DNA of 62,247 nt from a virus. A program made the position numbers and the translations under genes. Of this stretch, positions 54,477 through 61,109 are shown piece after piece (the stretch's first letter is position 1; every line of letters starts with the position of its first letter). The notes beneath the pieces are model-generated. The model searched no databases and was not told the origin of the DNA. It was given only the letters and a program-made list of their open reading frames with translations. Where the stretch lies: IMG/VR virus record IMGVR_UViG_3300009285_004982; one strand, 5' to 3'.

Positions 54477-54791
54477 ATGCCGGAAAATATTGTGATCCAA
54501 TTCAGTGCCCATGCCTTAGATGATGCTTACCGACTTCAACTGAGAAGTCTTAGAGATTCGATCCAAGCCGCCTTACTCAAAAATGATTCACGGAAACTTC
54601 ATGGAATGAAACTCGAACTCATGGAAGGAATTGCCGTTATCGATGATCGATTATTCGCCATCAAATATCCTGAGCTTGTCAGCCGGCGAATGGAACGCGA
54701 AAAAGAATTGAGGCCCGATAAGAAAGACGTGCAAACGTTCTGGACGATTGATGCCACCGGCAAGAAAATCGATATGGATGTCGTGCAATGA
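54477..54791 (+). CDS. Hypothetical protein
   Basis: 104 aa, RBS AGGGAGGGA. Confidence 0.5.
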   Translation: MPENIVIQFSAHALDDAYRLQLRSLRDSIQAALLKNDSRKLHGMKLELMEGIAVIDDRLFAIKYPELVSRRMEREKELRPDKKDVQTFWTIDATGKKIDMDVVQ

Positions 54792-54964
54792 TCCCTTTTT
54801 CTCTCCGGATTATTTTTATCGATCTCATTCTGCTCTGGCTGATCGGTTTTCTTCTCTATCGCCTCCAGATTCTTCTCGCAGAAAACGCGGATTTGAAAAA
54901 AAAGATTGAAATGCTAATGGCATCTTCCAGAGACGATTATGAAAACAAACAGGAAAATATTTGA
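54788..54964 (+). CDS. Small membrane protein
   Basis: 58 aa, not in the supplied track. TM segment IIFIDLILLWLIGFLLY. The C-terminal ENADLKKKIEMLMASS resembles 47790..48068. Confidence 0.4.
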   Translation: MIPFSLRIIFIDLILLWLIGFLLYRLQILLAENADLKKKIEMLMASSRDDYENKQENI

Positions 54965-55292
54965 AGCTAGATTCTCCTTTTTCTGGGATTGGTCTGGACT
55001 TAAACCAGTCCCCAATTTCTTCGTTGTTAAAAGCAATATTCCAAGTCTTATTGAGGGAAGCACTGTCGATGACATTCAAATCAAACGAGAACGGCTTCCA
55101 ATTCCCTATATCCCAATGCCGCAGACATGGAGATATATGGTTAAAGCCAACCGGCGATGTGGACGATGTTTTTCTGAAATAAGAACAGATGGCGTGAGGG
55201 ATCATAATCGGGTTGTCCATTTTCTGGATAGTGACGAGAATGATCCATTCGGCAATGAGGGAAACGGATATTCGTCCGATGATTATTCTTAG
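54939..55292 (+). CDS. Hypothetical protein
   Basis: 117-aa ORF. Confidence 0.45.
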   Translation: MKTNRKIFEARFSFFWDWSGLKPVPNFFVVKSNIPSLIEGSTVDDIQIKRERLPIPYIPMPQTWRYMVKANRRCGRCFSEIRTDGVRDHNRVVHFLDSDENDPFGNEGNGYSSDDYS

Positions 55293-55304
55293 GGAGAATA
55301 GATT

Positions 55305-55553
55305 ATGAGAACAGTGAGATTATTTATTATTTTGTTTATTTTATCTGGATGTGGGGCAAGACGATACAATGCCCATGATAAGGCGATGGCCGGACGGATT
55401 ATGGATGAGCTGAAACAGGATGGGGGAGTGATCACCAGGCGGGAATTCAATAGCCTTTCTGAATCATTGCGTTCCGATCTCAAGCGTCAGTCCGAGCATC
55501 AGTATTCCGCGTTTTCAAAGGAACTGGATTGGAAATGCAGATGCGGCGAATGA
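55305..55553 (+). CDS. Lipoprotein
   Basis: MRTVRLFIILFILSGC contains a lipobox. Confidence 0.55.
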   Translation: MRTVRLFIILFILSGCGARRYNAHDKAMAGRIMDELKQDGGVITRREFNSLSESLRSDLKRQSEHQYSAFSKELDWKCRCGE

Positions 55554-55753
55554 GAGCTGGGGATCAGAATGGCCGCGCCGTCGCAACCTGGGATCTTGTA
55601 CAGTGGATGCGCAATTTCTATCGCCGGTATCGGCAGAAATACCATAATCAGAACCGGGTTAAAGATACGATTTCCATAGCCCACATTGCCGCCCGCGCGG
55701 GACTGTCCTACGGAGCGACATGGGATATATTGAGACGCAAAAGTTGGAAATAA
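55529..55753 (+). CDS. Small HTH DNA-binding protein
   Basis: ISIAHIAARAGLSYGATWDILRRKSW is a typical C-terminal HTH. Confidence 0.45.
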   Translation: MEMQMRRMRAGDQNGRAVATWDLVQWMRNFYRRYRQKYHNQNRVKDTISIAHIAARAGLSYGATWDILRRKSWK

Positions 55754-55881
55754 GTGCCGGAGTCTGGAATGTTCGTCAAATTCCGTGTCGACGAATATTC
55801 CTTAAGCGGGGGGGATCTCTAAGAGGGGGGTTCTCTCCGCCCAATTTGAATTAAAAAAAGGGACGAACGTCCCAAAGGAAC

Positions 55882-55980
55882 ATGAAAATGAGCAAAGAAG
55901 ATAAAGCGGGGCTCATCATCGCTATCTTGGGTTTGATTTCTATCTATCTTACAATGTTCGCTGCAAGAGGAGGATTTTGA
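55882..55980 (+). CDS. Small hydrophobic peptide
   Basis: 32 aa, AGLIIAILGLISIYLTMFAA. Confidence 0.25.
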   Translation: MKMSKEDKAGLIIAILGLISIYLTMFAARGGF

Positions 55981-56321
55981 TGAAACTATATCCAACGAAA
56001 GATGAGCTCAAAAAAATAGCCGAATGGGAAGGAGATTGGATCAGCCTTCTAAATTATGTCTATGAGCTCTGGCATACTTCTGGGAAATGGAATCATTTCA
56101 AAGGAAACGAATGTTTCCAAACAGAAACAAATCCGAGCGACCCGTTATCTGATACTTATGAGCTATGCATAGGCGGCGTATCCGGCAATGAAGATTTAGT
56201 CTATGCCCTAAAAGATAATAAATCCTTCTGGCTGGACTGTTGGGAGTCGAGTCATCGCGGCGGTAAGTATGTGTTTACTGTAAACCATAAACCATCAACA
56301 TTGGGGGGAAATTCAGCATGA
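55977..56321 (+). CDS. Hypothetical protein
   Basis: 114-aa ORF. Confidence 0.5.
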   Translation: MMKLYPTKDELKKIAEWEGDWISLLNYVYELWHTSGKWNHFKGNECFQTETNPSDPLSDTYELCIGGVSGNEDLVYALKDNKSFWLDCWESSHRGGKYVFTVNHKPSTLGGNSA

Positions 56322-56650
56322 TCGCTATCGATGAAATCGTATTAATAACCAACGGGGAGTATTCCAGTTTCGGAATCATCTCTTTGGTGAAGGCGCTGAA
56401 AACATTTGACGAAAAAGAAGTCTTTCGCCAATTCCTTCCGGAACAAAAATTTGATGAACATGGAAGGCCAATTGATGGGAAAGGCAATCATATCGAGATA
56501 TCCGGAGCTTATGTCGAATGGTTAAAAGAAAAAAAATATATTGAGAAAATAAGATACAGGGAATTTTATACGGGGGCTCCCGATTATTTCACTAAAGATT
56601 TTATCGCGATGGCCGAAAAGAATTTCAATATTCATGATTATGGAGAATAA
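56318..56650 (+). CDS. Hypothetical protein
   Basis: 110-aa ORF. Confidence 0.5.
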   Translation: MIAIDEIVLITNGEYSSFGIISLVKALKTFDEKEVFRQFLPEQKFDEHGRPIDGKGNHIEISGAYVEWLKEKKYIEKIRYREFYTGAPDYFTKDFIAMAEKNFNIHDYGE

Positions 56651-56867
56651 AATAGAGTTTAGACAAGGATCTTGTTTCAAATGCGGACGATATCTTCGCT
56701 CAGCGGATGATGCGAGGCGACACGAAAAGTTGGCCCATACCGATTACCTGGCAAAGAAAGAATTCATCCATGTTTTCCAAACGAGATCGAAACACAAAAA
56801 TGGAAATGGTAAATTCGACATATGTTCACTGCGTCCGCCGAAATCAGAAAAGAGTTCCAACTCTTAA
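56634..56867 (+). CDS. C2H2-like zinc-finger protein
   Basis: CFKCGRYLRSADDARRHEKLAH. Confidence 0.45.
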   Translation: MIMENKIEFRQGSCFKCGRYLRSADDARRHEKLAHTDYLAKKEFIHVFQTRSKHKNGNGKFDICSLRPPKSEKSSNS

Positions 56868-57097
56868 AACCCTGCCGGGCCCATGGCGTTAATTTCATTC
56901 ACATCTACACCAATCCTTTTATCACCAAATGGGGAGTCCGCTGTGTTCTTTGCTTTAAAGACACGGGCCAATTCAAAAAACTTGAGAAAGCGAGGGACGA
57001 ATGGAACAAGTTAATGATCAAGATTCCAGAACAGGTGGCGATGAAGGTCGCCAAGGCGATGAAGGTCGCTTTACGATCCAGGAGATCAACGCGCTAA
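56822..57097 (+). CDS. Hypothetical protein
   Basis: 91-aa ORF. It overlaps both neighbours, so the start is uncertain. Confidence 0.35.
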   Translation: MFTASAEIRKEFQLLKPCRAHGVNFIHIYTNPFITKWGVRCVLCFKDTGQFKKLEKARDEWNKLMIKIPEQVAMKVAKAMKVALRSRRSTR

Positions 57098-57249
57098 TCC
57101 AGGATCTCGTTATCGATCTACTGGGGTACAAACAAGACCCCAAACAAATGGTTTATCCAGACTGGATCAAAGAACTCGCGCTCCGCCTAGTTGAGAAAGG
57201 ATGGCGAAAGAATGTTCCAATCCACGACGAACAATTACCAAAATCGTGA
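57001..57249 (+). CDS. Hypothetical protein
   Basis: 82-aa ORF. It overlaps 56822..57097 across an 18-nt tandem duplication. Confidence 0.35.
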   Translation: MEQVNDQDSRTGGDEGRQGDEGRFTIQEINALIQDLVIDLLGYKQDPKQMVYPDWIKELALRLVEKGWRKNVPIHDEQLPKS

Positions 57250-57255
57250 CCTATC

Positions 57256-57876
57256 ATGCCTCGATGTAGCTTACCTCCACACCTAGACGAACCGTCCGAG
57301 TGGAAAAATACTGACGATGACCAGGTTTGGTGGATGCGCTGGCGCTTATATTGTAAGTCATGGTTCGCATTCTCGCATCGATGTCCTCCCGGCCTCACTT
57401 GGTCACTCGTTTTATTCCCAGGTTTGTACCTTCTCCCATTCTTGATTTATTTTACTGGCTGGTCATGGCTATATCTCTTCCCCGTTATCGTGATTCCCGT
57501 GGCCAAAAAGTGGCGTGAGTTTCCTATCGTCCTCTTCGCCTTTTCCGGCGGCGGACCCTTAAGATGGGAGACAACAGATGGGAATAAACAATCTGTCGGC
57601 GAAAGCCAGAACCTTATCTGGATCACCAGTGCCCATAACCCCGATGGAGATCAGGTCTGGTTATCGCGATGTCAGCTCTGGTGCCTATGGCACGTTCAGC
57701 TCCAATGGCCCCTATTCTTTGCTATAAGCATCTACATAAAACATGAAGATGTTATTCCAACCGGAACGAAAGCCGACCGAGATGGCAAATTGTTGTTTTT
57801 CTACAAGGGCTGGCATCGTGACAGTGATCAAATCTTCTGGGGAGATGGAGCCTACGCTGGCAGGAATTGGAAATGA
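57256..57876 (+). CDS. Trp-rich multi-pass membrane protein
   Basis: 206 aa with several hydrophobic segments (LVLFPGLYLLPFLIYF, LYLFPVIVIPV). Confidence 0.45.
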   Translation: MPRCSLPPHLDEPSEWKNTDDDQVWWMRWRLYCKSWFAFSHRCPPGLTWSLVLFPGLYLLPFLIYFTGWSWLYLFPVIVIPVAKKWREFPIVLFAFSGGGPLRWETTDGNKQSVGESQNLIWITSAHNPDGDQVWLSRCQLWCLWHVQLQWPLFFAISIYIKHEDVIPTGTKADRDGKLLFFYKGWHRDSDQIFWGDGAYAGRNWK

Positions 57877-58067
57877 TTATCAAGCCACATGACAAGTCGC
57901 TCGTTGGCCAGGATCTCCGGCTTCCCGATTGGACCCACTGCCGCTTCCGCGTCATCGATATCGGATTTGAGTTTATAACTGGCATCGTTTACGATGGCGA
58001 TAGGCCGATAGTCCAGGAAGCCAGGTCGATTCACCTGGATTGGGAACCCTGGAACGGAAGTTCTTAA
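57867..58067 (+). CDS. Hypothetical protein
   Basis: 66-aa ORF. Confidence 0.4.
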   Translation: MEMIIKPHDKSLVGQDLRLPDWTHCRFRVIDIGFEFITGIVYDGDRPIVQEARSIHLDWEPWNGSS

Positions 58068-58075
58068 AAAAGTTC

Positions 58076-58106
58076 TTGACATAGAAGTCGGTTTTTTTGT
58101 TAAAAT
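58076..58106 (+). promoter_or_regulatory. Sigma70-like promoter (TTGACA, extended -10 TGtTAAAAT)
   Basis: Same architecture as the 44076 promoter: a 19-nt spacer containing TGn. Confidence 0.4.
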
Positions 58107-58204
58107 TCTTGCGCGGGAATTTAATACAAAAAAATTAAAAAATAACCATATCTTTAAAACTTTCCCGCAAGATCGTTTTTTTGTAAAGATGTGGTTATTT
58201 TTTT
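58106..58204 (+). ncRNA. Two interleaved terminator-like hairpins (possible small RNA or attenuator)
   Basis: A 58106..58119 pairs with A' 58161..58173, followed by a T-run. B 58141..58155 pairs with B' 58185..58199, also followed by a T-run. The order is A-B-A'-B'. Confidence 0.35.
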
Positions 58205-58509
58205 GGCGGTTCCTTCCAAGATAAATGTGACCATCCCCTGCGCTGGGGTCAACGGCAATCATAATACACGGTAAATGCTGCCTTCGGATGAAAATCCGTT
58301 ACTCTTTGGTTGGTGTAAGTCCAGCTTGGCAAGCAACGGTCGAAACTTTGGCTCCAATATACGGAGAGAAAACGATCACAACCCATTGAGAGGTTGGGCC
58401 GCGAGTCACCGCTGTCGACATGACGGCAGTAAGGAATTCGCCGTAAAATATCTCAATCAATTTCTCTTTGAAAGACAAATAATCTTTGTCTTAGTCTCTT
58501 CATTTCTCC

Positions 58510-58545
58510 AATACCGGAGAGTTTCAAAAAGAAACTCTCGGTATT
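58510..58545 (+). terminator. Strong hairpin closing the ORF-poor 58.1-58.7 kb region
   Basis: AATACCGGAGAGTTTC - AAAAA - GAAACTCTCGGTATT: 15 bp with one bulged G. Confidence 0.45.
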
Positions 58546-58721
58546 ATTCTCTAATAAAATATATCTAACAAAATCAATTGGAATCCCATCTCCCAAAAAT
58601 AATTGAGCATCTCGCCGCCATTGACCGATCCCTGACCCTGATCGCCATTATTCTTGCCACTATGTTGGTATTCAAAAATATGGGAAAATAGTTTTTAATT
58701 TAAAGAGAGGGAGTAATTAAA

Positions 58722-59012
58722 ATGGACAACATTAAACTTAATATCGAAACAAACGCCGAGATCGCGATCCAGGTCTTGACCTTCTATCGGTCACTAAAAG
58801 ATCATCCGCAACATCCTCAGTATTATCTTCATGATCAAATGAGGGTACAAAATTCACCCCGCAAACGGGGCCCCGGTCGACCACCAAAAAAGGGAACGAA
58901 CGTTCCCAAACGAGGCCCAGGTAGACCGCCGAAAAAAAGGGGACCAGGTCGTCCACCTAAGCCTAAAAATGAACAGCCATTCAAGAAACGGAGCCCCACG
59001 GATTATGGATGA
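58722..59012 (+). CDS. AT-hook repeat DNA-binding protein
   Basis: Three RGPGRPPK(K) repeats. RBS GAGAGGGAG. Confidence 0.55.
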   Translation: MDNIKLNIETNAEIAIQVLTFYRSLKDHPQHPQYYLHDQMRVQNSPRKRGPGRPPKKGTNVPKRGPGRPPKKRGPGRPPKPKNEQPFKKRSPTDYG

Positions 59013-59040
59013 GCTGAAAGAGGAAAAATGAATCGACCGG

Positions 59041-59415
59041 TTGGTAAATTCGAATGGTGTGCCCGTGCCTAAGGGAACGAACGTTCCCAAATTCATCGAA
59101 TCATTCGACGATGATATATGCGTTTGCCGCCACCCACGCGATCTCCATGAGAAAATGACGGACGAATGTATATGCTGTCAAACCGATAAACCGGAACCAC
59201 TGGATGCTCTAGGCCGGTCTGGCGAAGGCCAGTCGATCCTAAAGCCGACAAAGAGAATACCCAGAATCCGCGATCCGCTGAACGTCGGCAACATCCTCCT
59301 CAAAGAAGCAGAACGCATTGTCAACCGTTTATTGACGCAAACCGTTATAACAGAGGACGATCGCATTGCCATGGTTCAATGGCGAAAAGAACTGGAAGAT
59401 TATATTATCCAGTAG
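59041..59415 (+). CDS. Cys-rich hypothetical protein (start uncertain)
   Basis: 124-aa ORF from TTG, containing CVCRHP...CICCQ. Confidence 0.4.
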   Translation: MVNSNGVPVPKGTNVPKFIESFDDDICVCRHPRDLHEKMTDECICCQTDKPEPLDALGRSGEGQSILKPTKRIPRIRDPLNVGNILLKEAERIVNRLLTQTVITEDDRIAMVQWRKELEDYIIQ

Positions 59416-59419
59416 TCTT

Positions 59420-59653
59420 ATGGATTATCGCGAAATAAAACTCGATAAAAAACGGGTCCCCTATTTATCGCCCGTTCAATGTTTTCTCTGCCATAATAAA
59501 TATTTGGTCTTTTATCAGTGGGGCAAGATTAAATTCGGAAAACAAGAAAAAGATCCTACCCCGTGTCAGCAGTGTAGGCGCCTAAGCTGTTATGATATAA
59601 GCCTAAAAAGATTTCATCCAATGAAAAGAAAACGCTCGTTTCCAAATCGGTAG
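59420..59653 (+). CDS. Zinc-ribbon protein
   Basis: CFLCHN...CQQCRR. ATG 59420 lies after the upstream stop. Confidence 0.45.
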   Translation: MDYREIKLDKKRVPYLSPVQCFLCHNKYLVFYQWGKIKFGKQEKDPTPCQQCRRLSCYDISLKRFHPMKRKRSFPNR

Positions 59654-59656
59654 ACC

Positions 59657-59923
59657 ATGAAAATTAACAGACTTCTTCTGAACAGACTTCGTCAGAAATG
59701 CTTCCTCGATCTCTGCGAAAAGACTATCCCAGTCTCCAGCCGCTGGATCGAAGTCCACGAAAAGAAAAATAGGCCGCCAGATCTTCTCTTAGAGTTTATT
59801 TATAAGTGCCCCAAGTGCTTAAGACAGGAAAAGAAATACCAACGAGTCGAGAAAAATCAAATTAGAGATTCCAAACTGATAGACGACTTGAATAAAAAAT
59901 ATTTCGAGATAGATCATGCTTAA
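59657..59923 (+). CDS. Hypothetical protein
   Basis: 88-aa ORF. Confidence 0.45.
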   Translation: MKINRLLLNRLRQKCFLDLCEKTIPVSSRWIEVHEKKNRPPDLLLEFIYKCPKCLRQEKKYQRVEKNQIRDSKLIDDLNKKYFEIDHA

Positions 59924-60188
59924 ATGCTTTGATCACTTTAATGCTAATACGGCCCCTTGCCCCGTTTGTCAGACAAAGACAGATAGTAAAATAATCCTGA
60001 TACCAATAGACGGAACCGAGATAGATGGGATCGCCGAATGTATCCAAGTTCATCTGGATTGTATTAATCTTAGATATAAGAGAGATCCTGTTCATTACTT
60101 ATTTTTGATCTATCAAAAAATAACGGATAAAAATATACTGAGAAAATCAGGTTTGGAAGATTCGGAAAATATATATGACCCAGTATAG
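59916..60188 (+). CDS. Hypothetical protein
   Basis: 90-aa ORF containing CPVCQ. Confidence 0.45.
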   Translation: MLKCFDHFNANTAPCPVCQTKTDSKIILIPIDGTEIDGIAECIQVHLDCINLRYKRDPVHYLFLIYQKITDKNILRKSGLEDSENIYDPV

Positions 60189-60483
60189 ACTTACACAATT
60201 AAATTCCCGCCGCGAGAAAATAGACGCACAGGCTGCAGTCCGATCCGCCTATATCATACTCTTGATCGTCTCCCTCGCTCTCCCCCTCGCCATCATCGAT
60301 GTCCATATAGGCGCTGTGATTATCGGTAGTAACCTCTCCGTCTTCATCGGCGGAATCTTGATTACAATACTCTCTCTCTATATGCACCGGTTCGCCCGCT
60401 CTCATCTCAAAATAGATAAATCACTGGCAACCTCGCGCCTTATCGATTATCATCAATTCCGATTACTGAGAAAGATAACTTAA
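60175..60483 (+). CDS. Two-TM membrane protein
   Basis: YIILLIVSLALPLAIIDV and VFIGGILITILSLYM. Confidence 0.45.
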   Translation: MTQYRLTQLNSRREKIDAQAAVRSAYIILLIVSLALPLAIIDVHIGAVIIGSNLSVFIGGILITILSLYMHRFARSHLKIDKSLATSRLIDYHQFRLLRKIT

Positions 60484-60503
60484 AGTAAAACGATTTAATT
60501 TAC

Positions 60504-61109
60504 ATGAAAAATAGCAGTCCCCCAGATAAAAAAAAAGGCGGATTCATATCTAGTACTGAGAACTATAAGCACGTTGCCGAACCGTCGGGCCCTTCTCCAA
60601 TTGATCCTTCTAAGCTAAGCATGGATTCCAAACGCGGTGATCTTAAACCGATATGGCTAGAAGCATTCCGTAAAATGAGAACGATATACGGGGCCTGTCT
60701 TTCAACAAACTTGGATAGAAAAACAGTATACGACTGGATAAGTAAAGATCGAGAGTTTAAGAATCAGCTTAAGATGCTCCAGAGAGAAACAAGGGAGGTC
60801 TTAATTCAGACCGGATATGCTCGCGCTCTTAATCGGGAAGATCCCGGCTCAATTCCCCTCTTGATCTTTCTCTTGAAGAGTATGGCCGGTCTTAGCGAAT
60901 CCAGTAAGATTCATGTCGACATTAGAGTTGCATACGAAGTAGTCAATCAAGTTATTCAAGTAATAAATAAAATACCAGGATCTTGTCCCCATTGTCATAG
61001 TACTCTTGATATCAAAAAAGAAATCGCTGAAAATTTAACGTCGCTATCAAAAAAGTTTGATCGCCAAGAAATGGTCTTTCTAAATGAATCCGAAGACCAT
61101 AATTCATGA
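60504..61109 (+). CDS. terS: Terminase small subunit (putative)
   Basis: 201 aa immediately upstream of terL and overlapping it. HTH-like KTVYDWISKDREF and SIPLLIFLLKS resemble small-terminase families. Confidence 0.5.
   Translation: MKNSSPPDKKKGGFISSTENYKHVAEPSGPSPIDPSKLSMDSKRGDLKPIWLEAFRKMRTIYGACLSTNLDRKTVYDWISKDREFKNQLKMLQRETREVLIQTGYARALNREDPGSIPLLIFLLKSMAGLSESSKIHVDIRVAYEVVNQVIQVINKIPGSCPHCHSTLDIKKEIAENLTSLSKKFDRQEMVFLNESEDHNS

Noticed and set aside
57037-57069. 18-nt tandem duplication GGCGATGAAGGTCGC(caa)GGCGATGAAGGTCGC
   Set aside because: There are only two copies, inside overlapping small ORFs. It is too short to call a repeat array or CRISPR and is likely a slippage duplication.
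58275-58568. 97-aa ORF in the 58.1-58.7 kb region
   Set aside because: No RBS, implausible composition, and it spans predicted hairpins. The region is treated as non-coding.
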